A stretch of 64,000 bases of DNA from Bugula neritina (Eukaryota; Animalia; Bryozoa). The notes beneath the pieces were generated by a model. The model had not been told where the DNA came from and ran no database searches. It worked only from the letters and a program-made list of their open reading frames with translations. The stretch lies in NCBI GenBank assembly GCA_964035545.1, contig OZ037765.1, forward strand, positions 23,745,504 to 23,809,503, written 5' to 3'. The position numbers and the translations under genes were made by a program. The first letter of the stretch is position 1; each line of letters opens with the position of its first letter. Below, in pieces: positions 50,313 to 63,932 of the stretch.

Positions 50313-53300
50313 ATGTCAGCAGTGGAGAATTTGGGATATGTTTTGGACTACGTGGAAATAAATGTATTGACAGTTGCTTTGGGTGTGGTGGTTTTTGTAT
50401 TGCTCTTCTGGTCAAGTATTCTAGAGAAACGCAAATATCCTCCTGGGCCCATACCTTTGCCATTTATTGGCAATAGTTACTCTTTCTTTGCTAAAAACAA
50501 ATCGCAGTATAGATATAGTAAGTATATCTGTAAAATAGATTAATATTGTAAATTTATATAAAGTAAAATATGTATTAGAAAAACTTATTTTTTACTAAAG
50601 CAAATTCCTGTATGTTCCGTAAATGCATTTAATAACACTGTTGTATTTTAGCGCTTGACCATTATATATGAAAAAAAGTTTCTTTATATATTTTGTTATT
50701 TGCAAAGATACCATAAATGTAAGATGTTCATACATGCATACATACATACATACATACATGCATGCATGCATACATACATACATACATACATACATACATA
50801 CATACATACATACATACACACATACATACATACATGCATACATACATACATGCATGCATACATACATACATGCATGCATACATACATGCATGCATACATA
50901 CAGGCATACATACATGCATACATATTTAAGCATCTTAGTCTATGGCATACATTAATTTATATATACATGCATACATACATGCATACATAAATGCATACAT
51001 GCATGCATGCATACATATATAAGCATCTTAGTCTATGGCATACATTAATTTATATATTGCAGAAAACTGGAGTAGAAAATATGGCAATGTGGTATCATAT
51101 GTTGTGTTTAATCAGTGGACAGTAGAACTGTTTGGCTATGATGCTATACACGAAGCATTTGTAGAGCAATCGGATATCTTTTCTGACCGTGAGACACATA
51201 TATTGCAGAAAGTAGTTAAGGCAAAGGGTAAGAAGTTTGTTACGCAATGACAATAGTAATAGCAAGGTTATTGTGTCAATAACTTACAACCTGATTACTT
51301 CAGTAAAGAGAATAAAATCTGATGTCCACTTGTTAGCAATATATGTTTGCAGGACTGATTTTCTCTGATGATTGGAAAGAGTTGAGAAGGCAAGCTCTGA
51401 CTGTGTTTCGTGATCATGGAATGGGGAAACTTGTCATGGAAGCAAAGATTACAGAAGAGCAGGGTACGTGCTGGATGTGTAGCAGTCTCAATAGTTTAGT
51501 CTGGAGGCTGATGTACAAAATCTTTTTGAGTTTGTAGTTATTAAACACTTCCTATTGGTATGCAATTATTGAACACACTACATGGTTGTCACACTACCTC
51601 TTCCTATTATCATCACATGCTATGCACATGCTTCATTTTCAAAACTTCCTGGTTTTAGTGCTCTATGCCAGTGAATATTCAACCATTATTTGCAGAGTAC
51701 TTGATTGGAAAGCTGTCTTCTTTGAAAGGAACCCAAAGCAGTGATACTTTTAAACTGGTAGTTGGAGGTGCCGTGTCTAATGTAATAAATCAAGTCGTGT
51801 TTGGCCGCAGGCTTGACTATGAGGATGTAGACTTGAAGTGCCTCAAATATTTTGAAGCGTACTACGTGGCAGCATTAAAAGCTCTGCTCATTCCAGGCTA
51901 TAAGGTGGGCTGCACTATTGTTTGAAGTAATGGTTGAATATGCAAATTTCGAAAATTACAATCAAATGTTTAATATTTAAGACGGCTAAAATAGCCAATT
52001 CTGCACCTACCTCATAATAATGTAGTTTAGTGTAACAACACCAAGTCATATGATATGTGATTTAAAATGTAGCTTTAGGTTAGGTTTCACACTGGGATAA
52101 ATAAACCTAACAAGGAAGCTAAATGAATCTAACAGAGATTTTTGTTTACTTAGCTTCTGTGTGGGTATCCAGTAGTGTTGTGCATTGATAATGAATATAT
52201 TTACTGAGGGTAAGCATGAATCAATGAATTTTATTCTAGCCTATGCCTGCCTGTAGTCATTTGCAACTAAAATAATGGTTTACTAACACTTAGACTTATA
52301 TTTATGCTGTAACAAATTATTCACATATTCTTGGCTATCAGCTAAACACAACATCAGGGTAGTATGCCCAAGTATATTGGTTTTATAATAGATTTTGTGT
52401 CTACATGTCTCGAATGGATAATGGCTCACTTTCTGATGATGTTTGTTCTCAGATTAGTGTCTGCAGCACTAGATAACTTTATGTTAAATATTGTAAAAAT
52501 ACCCAAATATTTATTTTACGTAATACATTAATAAATAAATTTTGGTTCCCTCTGAAACATAGGGTTAATTTACATGCCCCACGCATCTTTATTCTAAGAA
52601 AATTCAGAATATCTTGAACTTTTCAGCAATATGATAAAGTGGTAGGTGGCAGAATGCATCAAGTTGTATTTTAAGCTAAATAGGCTGAAATTATTAATGG
52701 TGGTGTTAATTTTATCACAGATCATGACAATGTATGCTACTCAAACTTAGTATCACGGCATTGTGAGGAAATTTTCACAACAAACATTTTAAGCAGCTGC
52801 AAGAGCTGATTGCTCAGTTTACACAGCATATGCTAAGGTTTATGTTTGTGCTTTCCTGTGTCACAGTATCTGCCCTGGGATCCTATTGGACTACGGCCCC
52901 TTCAGCTATATGAACAGCAAGCTCGAGAATTTTTCAAAAGCGAAGTAGAGTTGCATAGGAAGTCTCTAGATATCAATGAGCCGAGAGATTATATTGATAC
53001 TTTTCTAATCGAAGGAATAAAAAATGGAAACTCTCTTTTCAGTGATGAAGGTAGTATTTAACATTTAGCTTCTGGTAGCTCATAATTTTAGCAGTCAAGT
53101 AATCAAACTCATTTTTAATTAAATCTTGAAAATATTTCATTTTCATAGTTTTCTGTTTTCTTAGTCATTGTCGCATCTTGTATATTTCAAACAGTTTCCC
53201 CTAGCTCACTCCAAGTGCTGCAATATGGTGGTAAATCAATGTTTTCTACAACTTTAGTAATCTACATGTATTTTAAATGTACTTGAGTGCATGTACTAGA

Positions 53301-54916
53301 GTACTGACTTTTTTTGATAAAGTCCTTCTAAAGTTTGGCACCACACTTTAGAACGGTTAATGTACAGAAATCATTATTTCTTTGGGAAATATAGTGTCTG
53401 TTATATTGTATGTATGATCAATTATTCAGCTTAATTTTATTCCAGATGGAGTTACATTTACATAGCTGGATTTACAGTACGTTCTGCTCATGGGTTACCC
53501 AAACATTTTTAAACCTGATTTAAAACCCCTTACAGTAAACTTTTTTTAGAAGATCATGTACCAATTATTTGTTCTTGTGAATTATAATCTTAACTAACGA
53601 ATAAGAAGAGAAATATTGTAATTATTTTAAACACACACTTGCAGAAATGTTCAATATTTTATTGAATTGAATTTGATACCCTATTTATTTAATGTGCATC
53701 ATTTTTTTATCAACATTAAAATGATATGTTAGATACAAGAGCCTTGTGTAAACTGAACTGGAGATAAAACTAGCTTTGGAGAAAAAAATTTAACTTGCAT
53801 GCTTATACTGCATTTTGTTTTTAGTAAAATGATTGGTATTTAATTACATAGGCTAAAGATTAGGCTATTACTTCATTTCCCTTGCTCTTCCCTTGCTGAT
53901 TAAATAACTTTCTACTGTCAACAATTCAAAATCTTTTAAATTAGTACTTTTTTTTATAGAAAATTTAAGAAAATTATTTCAAATTTTATGCTTTCAACAA
54001 ATAGTGATATTTTTATTAAAAATAGCATATAATAAATTTGTTCTCTATTTTCAATTTACAGAGGAGCTTTGCAGCACGATATCCCAGCTCTACATTGCTG
54101 GCTATGACACCACAAGTACCACACTCACCTGGGCTCTGCTGTTCCTCATCAACTACCCTCAGTATCAAGACAAAATTCATGAAGAAATCTGCAAGACTGT
54201 AGGTAAGCAAACTGCAGCACCAGCATGTTTGCAGAATATTGACTGCTTGTTGCATGGAGCTCTTGAATGGAGAATGGCTATGAGTTGAGTTTAGGTTCTA
54301 GTGAAGGTGTTTATTTTCCATTGTGGCTCAACTATATGTAGTTTCTTTCTTGCAGGTAGCAGAGTTGTCTGCTGGAAGGACCGGGTCAGCATGCACTACA
54401 CCCAAGGTTTTATTCAAGAGGTGTTGAGGTTTAGTGGGCTAACTGGATCAGCTCTATCACATGTATGCACAGCTGATACTGTCATACAGGGCCATTCTAT
54501 TCCTAAAGGTAGTCACTACTCATATCACTTCTACGAAATGTTTTACTCTGAATTCAGGATATGCAAATATCTTATATCTGCTGTTACTAGGTTGTCGAAT
54601 TATGGCAAATCTCTACAGTACATACCACGATGAAAGCGTGTTTCCAGAATCTTATTTGTTTAAACCGGAAAGATTTTTTAACTCAGATGGGGAGTTTGTA
54701 AAACCAACCGGCAAACAAATGTTGCCATTTAGTCTTGGCAAAAGAGCTTGTTTGGGAGAAGGGCTGGCCCGCACTGAGCTCTTCATGTTCCTCGTCAGCA
54801 TAGTGCAGCAGTTTTACTTTACTGCTGTCGGAGAGACTAAGTCAGCTGAAGAAGGAATAGATGTATTTACTCATTCGCCGTTGCCATTCAAATACACTTT
54901 CTGTGCTCGTGAATAA
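50313..54916 (+). CDS. Cytochrome P450, clan 2 (CYP2-like), ~497 aa, 8 coding exons
   Basis: Exons 50313-50517, 51063-51227, 51353-51463, 51696-51904, 52867-53050, 54062-54202, 54356-54508 and 54591-54916. TM anchor plus PPGPIPLPFIGN, WKELRR, AGYDTT, EVLR, FKPERF and heme motif FSLGKRACLGE. Confidence 0.96.
50729..51016. repeat. (CATA)n/(CATG)n compound tetranucleotide microsatellite
   Basis: Long TACA/TGCA tandem array in P450 intron 1. It produces the spurious MYVC/HTYI ORFs. Confidence 0.97.
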
Positions 54917-55966
54917 TTTGAAGAACACAGCTTCACTCTTATATAAACTGTGATACAATAATGCCATATAATTGTTTGCTCATTTTCTATAGTTTTATAA
55001 TGGTGTCATTGTATTTTTCTGTATGCATGTAAGCATAATATGTTACATATGAGCACTAAAACTAACTACCTAGTTTTGATCCAAATATATATATTTTTAC
55101 TGTTTATTTTTATTTACACCAGTAAAAAATATTCAATTTATGATTGAGTGGGAAGTTAAAAAATTATGCCCAAGATTTGGAATGGATAATTTTGGCATGT
55201 TGAGTGAAAATTGCAAGACTATGGGTATTAGTTGAGTCAACTGCAAAATACTCGATAGCTTATTTTGCTCTTCATAATCTCATCCTTACTTTATTCAGGA
55301 CCAGCCTTCTTAGTATTCAATATGATATATATAATTTATTGTATATATATGTAATTTATCATATATATATTTGTCATATATATATGAATAATTATATATC
55401 ATTTTTTTACCTTTAAAATTTAGCCAAATTGTGTCTCTCTATGTGAGCCACATGTATTCTTAAGAAAGTGTTGGAAGAATTTGTTCTCCTGTTTATCTTT
55501 TTAAAGCCTTTTATTAGCTTCTATGCAAGTAATATGATTTGTTTTAGTGCCATAGCTATTAATACACCTTTCAATAAAAATCACTAAATGATCGCCTTGA
55601 TTTATTGAAAATAACTTCTTTTCAAATGTGCTGTAGCAACTTCACAAAAAGCTAAACTGCTGTGAACACAGTTAATAAATATTATTTGCTGAAGTTATTA
55701 AAATTAATAGCGAACATATTTTATAAGCATTGTATTTAATACCAAATGATTTCATGAAAATCAATTGTCATTGAGTGCAATAAAATATATGTTAAATTAA
55801 CCGAAAAGCAGAGTAGTGTAAGAAATATTTTATTGCACATAAAATTACCAGAAAATAGTAGCAGCATATATAATAACATACATATTAAATATTAAAACAA
55901 AAGTTTCTTTTCTTGTCTTTCCCTCTCCTTGGTTAAAACTGTCGATGGTTAGAGCAGGCAGAATAT

Positions 55967-58900
55967 CTAAGCAGCAGTCTCTTGTATAGCCTTCCCTAAG
56001 TATTCCCTGTAATATAATATAGTCAAGTGTTCTATAAAATCAGTTAAAATTATTGTTGTTCAGTGCTCTATACATATATGTTTGTATTTGTAAAAAATAA
56101 TTTAAAGGCAATGTTTCTTGTGGAAAAAATTAGCTGCGTTTACTAGTAAAAAATTATAGAGTTCAAATTATTATAAATTTAAAATACGATATGAAAATAT
56201 GAGCAACTAGTAAGCCATATAAATGAAACAATATATTATATTAAAAAAGCTTTTTTACATCAGAAGGCAAGTATAATTGAAAGATTTAGGCTACGCAAAG
56301 TATAAATATACTGCAACAACTGGTTTTACTCTAGCTCAAACAGGAATTTAGACTCACCAATTATGCACCATCAGCTTCTGCACTGAGAGAAGAGCTTCGT
56401 ATCTCACGTTAGGATCTTCATGAGCCAGATGCTTCATGACAGCTTCTTTACCGCCAATTTGCTCCAACACACTAAAACAAACCAGCGTAAAATTTAGAAC
56501 ATTGAGTGTTTATAATATATAAGTAGACGACTTGTGTCATGATTTGGGGGATTTGTTGGGTTTAAATTTCTTGTATAACTCAATTTGGAAGATGGTTGTA
56601 CTAAAGTCTAAACAATGCGTTTTCAACATTCTACTTCTGTTAGAGACCTCAAACTTATAACTCCATACAATTTAAAATTAGCTTAAATGAATTTAACCTG
56701 TACATCTATTGAAAGGAAAAATAACATACTGTTTGCCTCTAGGATAATGTCTGACATATTCTCCGATATCATGAGCTGCTACAGACAGTATAAGGGGGTC
56801 GTGGTTGGAGTTGAGTAGGTGCACCAGAGTTCTACAACATATACATAAGATACAAATAATGAATACCAAGATGTATAATATAAATAGGTCAACACTGGGT
56901 ATCCGTTGACTTAAACTTATTCATAATAATACCTCAGTAACTCGTAGTTTTTCTCGTTCAATCTTATGGCATTTTCTCTCCAGAAACGAATTTCTTTATG
57001 AACAGGAGACCATTCCAATCTGCCAGACTTTATTTCCGTGACGTATTCATCAAACGAACTAAAATCAATGGCATAACTCTTACATGGTATCAAGTATTAC
57101 TATAACAAATGTATGTTGATAATAATCATAAATTTCATCCATATTTTCACAAGGTGACATCACATTTTGTAAATTTTAGCTGCTGTACGAAAGTTTTTAA
57201 TGGCAACAGCGTATAGAAAAACTTGTCTTGGAGATATAAAAAAGTGTTTATAGACCAAAGAAGCTTCACATGTAGGATATACTCAACTAGTATGCCTCTA
57301 AAATATTCACATAGCTAACCTGAGATCCTGAACACTGGTCTCTAGAAACTCGGACAAGAACTTTATGTCATCAACAACGTCTTCATCCTCAAACTTCTTG
57401 TCAGTAAGAATTTCCAGTTGTTTGATCAACTTGCACTGCACCATGGAGAGGGCATTCTGTTGCTTTGTCTGCGTCTCTTCTGGTTTCTCCAGAAGGTTCT
57501 ACAGTAAAACAGACTCAGTTCAATTTACCAGACACTTGAAAATCTGACATTCAATATTTACAGAATATAAAATAGTTAATGCCCACACTTATATGACTGG
57601 CTAGATTGCCAACTATTGACATGCAACACATTTGAAACTTACCCTGTAGGTTGCTAAAATAATTCTCAACACCTTTTCTTTGACAGCCTCACTGAGAATG
57701 TCGGCCAAAATTGGAATCAGGTTGTACCTATCAGTCATGAAAACATGAATTCATAATCATACTAAAGTTTTTACTAAAAATGCATATTGTTCATGTATAT
57801 GTAATTCAAACTAGCAACTGATGACGATCTTTAAAAAAAAATAGAAATATCCGTACAAACTACTAAACTTATGAGCCAACAGAAAACTCAACTAACCTCT
57901 AGCCCTGTTAGTGAATTTGCACTGCATAGTTTATAAAACTGAATGCTTTTAAAAAGGATTTATATGCAAAGAGTAAACACATAATCAAAGTGAATAAAGA
58001 AATAGATAGAACCACGGAGACAAATCTATTAAACCTACCTTTCAAGTCTGGATGAAATGTCTTCATTGAAAGTCAAGCACCAGAGACAGAATGTCAGCTG
58101 GTACTGCAGCTGGAAGCCAACTCTACTTGACAGCACATTAACTATGCTGTAAATAGACAGCACAAGCAAGTGTGCAGAGGGTTTCTGATCTGAGAATAAC
58201 TTGTTGTTTTTTTATAAAAATTATTAGCAAAGTTACCTCATAAATAGAACACATATCATGGTCATAACCAACACATCAAATACTATTTGTGTTATTAATG
58301 ATTAGAAGCAGCTACGAGCTTCCAAAAATATTTTTCCATAATTTTACACTAGCTACACATATTATATAGATGGCCTCCTAACTTTATTTTTTAGTGAAAA
58401 TTTCATTTTATGTGAAACAATTTAAAATAGTAATAAAGTTTATCCAGATATTTAACTAGTGTTTCAAACAATTATGCAACAAATATATGTGATTATATAA
58501 AACAGTGCATTTTGCAGAATACACTCACGCACTGACTCCATCAATCTCAAAGAAAACCTTCCGATAGCCATCTATTCTGAGTAGAATTTGTAGGCATCTG
58601 CATACACTCTGTGTGTAATCATTATTCTACAGGAAAAATGAAAGTTTGATTATATAATACAATATGTAGTAGAATATACACAACTAAACATCAAGTTTGA
58701 GCAGCCATAAATTATAGAATGGGAGTCATCTAAATAAACTTAGATCCTGGCTTTACTTAAGTTGAAATGAATCTAGGTTAATAATTAAATTTGACTGATT
58801 TGTCTCATTCTTTGACGGCATTTTAGTAAACATCTTTAATATGTGCAGATAAATTTATCATTTGCTTTTGAAATTGCTCTAATATGCTCTGAAAGCAAAC

Positions 58901-61900
58901 CTGGGTGAATATTCACGTAATCTAACAAGCACATGTAGTGTGCTTCAACTTGGGGCACAGCGAGCAGCATATACTTACTGGAATTCTAAGCTGATCCCTC
59001 AGCCATGTGACATAAATATGTTGATTTTGTTCATCCATACTATCTTTACCCCAACACGCCATTTTAGTTATAATGGCGCTAGCCTATAACATAAAGTTTA
59101 TCAAATAATAGTCAAAAGGCATTTCCCCGAAGCTAATCATACTAATATTGTACAACAGCATTAAATTAATATACACACAGGTGTAGCATAAAAAAGATTG
59201 TTTAGCATATACCTGTACATGTAATCACAAGCCCTTGCAGGACACCCCGCATTTCAAATATATGAAACATAAAACTTCTTATAATATATGTGAGACATGT
59301 TCTACACACATGTATACTTTGTAACATCACTACACATATAGCCACTAAATACACAGAGCTGGTGGCTATTACTGTACTAACCTGGTTTACAATAAATCCA
59401 TCACTTCGAGTGAGTAAAGTAAAATATCCAGTCCAAGGGGATTCTTTAACAGACATGGCGTAATTTTTAAACATTTCTACTCGACTATGATCTTCAATGA
59501 TCAAGTCGTCAATCATCACCAGAAGGTACTGTATCGTCTGGTCCTTTGCGATGTGCTGAATCAGCTTGTAGAACGTTTTAGCAGCCTGATGAAAAAATAA
59601 CTTCATAAAAATAATGAGCAGTCAATAAGTTTTCACTGCAGTAATCTAAAACCTTCGACTTATTCCCTCTAAACAAAAAATCACTACTGTGAAACAAGTA
59701 TTGTACTTCCTCATAAAATACTGATTGTGATGTTTGCTATGAACATTATACAGTCAAAGATTTTCAGCAGCTTCTAGATCAGAGTGTATACAGATTAGCT
59801 ACAAGGTAGCTATCATAGCAGCTAAGCAATCAAACTCCACATCATAGTGGTGAATATCAGAATAATCTCTAGTATGAAATTACCAACCAGATCAGAGTTG
59901 TTCCTTAGATACAGAGCCCTTGATTCGGCGTCACTACTCGCAAAGTCTAGTCGAGTAATTACTCCATACTCCTCCAGGCTGATCATCTGACCCCTTAGAT
60001 ACAACAGTTACGAGAATATATGCTGAATAACATTTAATTTTAGATTTTACATCTATCACAATTTTCTAGTAGTTGCTAATAAATAAACTAAAGTAAAACA
60101 TAAACACAGCAAATTGTTGCACAAATTAATATAAAACAATAAATTATTATGTAAAACCATAGACAGAAAAGTATTATGTAAAATAGACTGCTGAAACTAA
60201 AATTCTATACTAAGAAGTTTAACAAACCTGCTAATAAGTGAAGAATGCAGATGTGATGTTACATGATTTGTTTGAACTAGTCAACATATATAATTTTAAA
60301 ATATTAGAAATATTTAGTTTATTAAAGAAAACTAAAAATGCCATGATGCACATGAAACAGTAAAAATCGCCAGATTGACTGAGCAAACTAAAACTTACTG
60401 CTTGTAAGACTGCCAATTGACTCTGTTACTTCGGACTTCTGCCGCCTTCAATTGAAGCGGACTGGTTACACCACCACCCATCAAAGCTATAAATAGTGGA
60501 ATACTGACAAAAATCTAATAGAAATATACTCAATCACAATATAAAGCATTGCTTACCATTAAACTAATATAAACATATATTTATTTATAAAAATATTTAT
60601 AAGTCACCAACTATTGGAGGTAAGTTGCTTAGTTTGCTATTAATCGATAGAGTAATCACTATATTTGAGATTCTGAAAACTAAAACAAATTTAGAGGAAG
60701 CAGAGTATTTTTACTTAGTAGATATATTACCAAGCATTCAAGTAATTTTAAGCAATCATTAAAATAATGTCAGATATGCAGCAGTTGTTCCCATTGGTGG
60801 CTTTAAAATTTACTATTTAATCACAATAATATCTTTTTATAATCATGTAATATTTATAGTACAGCTAATAACCTTATTGAAAATTATTATGTCTATTTGA
60901 CAGTGAGAATCATAGTCATAAATAAGATGACGAATGATTACGGTAACTTACATTTTACTTGCTAATTTTCAATTGTAAAATAACAATATTATCAAATGTT
61001 ATGGTATGGCATTGAATTCTTTTATCCTGTTTTCCAGTCTCTAACATAGTATACTTGATGTTCACTCATTATATTACTACCAGCATGTCAGCAGAAGTAA
61101 AATATAATCATCATCATTCTACATTATTATTATATAACTAAGAAAGAACATAATGTTAGGAATACCCTACAAAATATTAATGTTAAAATATAGACTAATA
61201 GACCTAAAATTAAATGACGTGGCTAATACTAAATTCAGTAACTCAAAAACTTTCAATCATAATAATATAACTAATAATTATAACTATGATAACATGACAA
61301 TAACATAAAATAAAAACACAAATTCCATTAGTATTATTTATACTAAAAACAAATTGATAATGAATATCAAATTCAATATCCTAGATTATGGGTATTTAAT
61401 GTAATTACTATTAGCATTAGCCATTACTTAATCTTATTGAAATTGAATTGAAATATATTTAAATTAACAACTAATTTAAACAATTTAACAATTTAACAAC
61501 AATTTAAACAACTAAAACTACACACAAACTCAAAATAAAAATTAAAAATCTAACTTTAACTTTAAGCAATAAAATGTATAATTTAATTATACCAATACTA
61601 TTAGATTTAATCATAACATTATAGTTATAATGATGATTATGAAGTGATTCTGATAATGATTCAGCTTAACTTTACCAGAACATCAATTTTGAATATTCAA
61701 TTGCATTAATATGTGCTTACTAATCATTATAATAATGCATATATAATATATACATAAACTATAAATATTATAATACTAATACTATTACTAACAGTAATAG
61801 CAAATGCAATTTTAATTTAACTAAAAGTTTCATTGTAAAACTTAAACTAGAAAACAAAAGCAAAAGACCAATTTTATCTATAGCTTCAACTTGAGTACAA

Positions 61901-62264
61901 CATCAACTTTAATATTAACTGCAAGTGTAATTACTCTAATTATAATAATTAATAACAATAACCCTATCAACAGACAACATGAACATTAAAACTGAACAGT
62001 TCATAAATATTATAAATATAATTATTCCCCAATACAAAAATGGATAAAACAAGACTAAAAGACTATAAGTATAACTAATAGGTAAAATTTACCATATATA
62101 TTTAATTCCATTCAATAATTGTTATTCATATTGTAATTGTGGTGTACTTTTAGTTTTACTTTTAGTTTTACATTCACTTTCAGATTGAGATTGATCATTT
62201 TGGACAAACCTGTTTTGCTAATTACATCATTCTCAACCAGATTCGAAGTGCCACCCGCAGGCAT
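55967..62264 (-). CDS. ATP6V1H: V-type proton ATPase subunit H, ~469 aa, 13 exons
   Basis: Exons 62264-62210 (tentative), 60486-60399, 59993-59888, 59585-59382, 59083-58979, 58626-58529, 58146-58039, 57727-57643, 57498-57320, 57058-56933, 56831-56730, 56471-56358 and 56006-55967. Motifs: [81 protein letters not shown]. Confidence 0.96.
61200..62170. repeat. Promoter-flanking periodic low-complexity tract (ATP6V1H intron 1)
   Basis: AATACTAATACTATTACT, TTTAGTTTTACTTTTAGTTTTAC, ACTATAAGTATAA. Confidence 0.7.
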
Positions 62265-62389
62265 TGTTAAAATATCAATCACACAATATTCCAATTTAAT
62301 CTTAATTGAAAGCCCAGAGGTAACAATAAGTATAACACCAATCTGATTTTATCAATGTTATTGCAAGTGTTATACTTATATTCCAAAAA

Positions 62390-62700
62390 TTGACAAAATC
62401 TTCACAAATATCATGTGACTTCAACATCCGGTATAGCAAGATGTTGCTAGAGCTCGCGAGTCAAAAAATGTATCGGCAATGTTTCAAAAGTAAATATAGC
62501 GATTACGATATTTTTGAAGACTGCTTTTTCTTATATTATCTTTCGCGTTTCAATTTCGTTTGTTTCCATTCTGCTTCCCGTCGAGGTCCCTTGCATCAGA
62601 GTGATATTCTCATTCATATTGATATTGTTACATTATTAATATTATTGTATTTTTATACCATTTAACCCTGAACCTTGCATCAGAGTAACCGGTTCTTGTT
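62390..62700. promoter_or_regulatory. Bidirectional promoter core between ATP6V1H and SLC25A32-like
   Basis: CpG-containing patch between head-to-head genes. TCATGTGAC (M-box/CLEAR-like) at 62411-62419; TTGCATCA twice. Confidence 0.6.
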
Positions 62701-62779
62701 CATATTATTTTGCTTTGAATAAGAATTATAATCATAGTGTATTTTCATCTATAATCATTACTTGACGTGTGAACCTTAG

Positions 62780-63620
62780 GCTTATTACTTAATAACTTAT
62801 ACTTATAGTTATTGGTTATTAGTTATTACTTATAGTTATTACTTATTAGTTATTACTTATTAGTTATTACTTATTAGTTATTAGTTAATGTAATACTATT
62901 ACTATTAGTTATTATTAATAATATTATTAACAATCACTGTGACAATCACAATGAGTATGACGTTAGACAGTCATTATGATTATGACTGTATTGAAGTGCA
63001 ATGTGTTAACAGTTAGTGTATTTATAATTTTAGTCAGCTATCACTCAATCAGTTGCACTATCAACTATGTCCATAGGCATCCGCATAGACTTTTACTTTT
63101 AGTAGTACTATACTCAGTGCTGTATTAGTAGTATCAGTATTGGTATTAGTGTAAGCAGTAGAGTATACACTTACTCTCAGTTACAGTGTACACTATTACT
63201 ATATGTTATAGTAATAGTATAACTATTACTATTAGTTTTAGTATACGAATCGTTATAGTGATATTAATAGTAATGCTAATATTAAGAGTAAGTAATAGTA
63301 ATACAATATAAATATACTCTAGACTCTAAGCCTAAAGTCTATTATGAGTCTTTAAAAGTAAGTCTATAGTGATAGTCTAAGTCATAACTAATGTAATAAG
63401 AATAATAATAACTAATATCAATTGTTTATTGGATTTATTTTCGGAAAGCATAGTAATTGATAAGCAATTGCTTAAGCATAAGACTAAGCAATATTAAATT
63501 CAATTTAAGCATTAATATGAACAATTAATGATTTATAATTATTATTTTCAAATTTATCATAATTATTAATAATTAAATATAATACTTATATTTATATTGG
63601 GTTTATTAAGTTGTATTATT
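62780..63620. repeat. Promoter-flanking periodic low-complexity tract including (TTATTAG/TTATTAC)n
   Basis: Heptamer array at ~62815-62887, TTATACTTATAGTTA at 62797, and (ANT)n runs. Confidence 0.75.
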
Positions 63621-63932
63621 TTGAAATCACCATGGATTATAAAGTTTCATTATTTCAGGTGTTATTAGCCTGCACATGTAGATTGGTTATTAAGTAGCAC
63701 CTTTCAGAAGCTCTGCTGGGAAGTGGTTATTCTGACTTCATCATACTGTTGAGAATGGTCAGTCTTAGTATTTTATGATAAACTAAAAACGCTTACTGCT
63801 TAGATTTACTTTAGTAAAATTAGCAAGTTTGCTGTTATAAAAGTTTATTCTGATATCTTTATATATATTTTTTGCAGACAACAAAAGTTCTACTACAAAA
63901 TCAATAGACTTTAAAACTTTACTTAATTCAAT

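Noticed and set aside
50595-50990. Five overlapping ORFs with MYVC/HTYI repeats
   Set aside because: Translations of the (CATA)n microsatellite inside a P450 intron.
55500-55840. Overlapping 3' UTRs of the convergent P450 and ATP6V1H genes
   Set aside because: AATAAA occurs on both strands but is too common in AT-rich DNA to place the transcript ends.
11767-59995. AAG acceptors (11767, 44698, 59994) and possible U12 introns
   Set aside because: A few AAG acceptors among ~70 introns is ordinary, and no RTATCCT donors were seen.
60557-60563. 7-nt microexon candidate in ATP6V1H intron 1
   Set aside because: Breaks the frame and has a poor pyrimidine tract.
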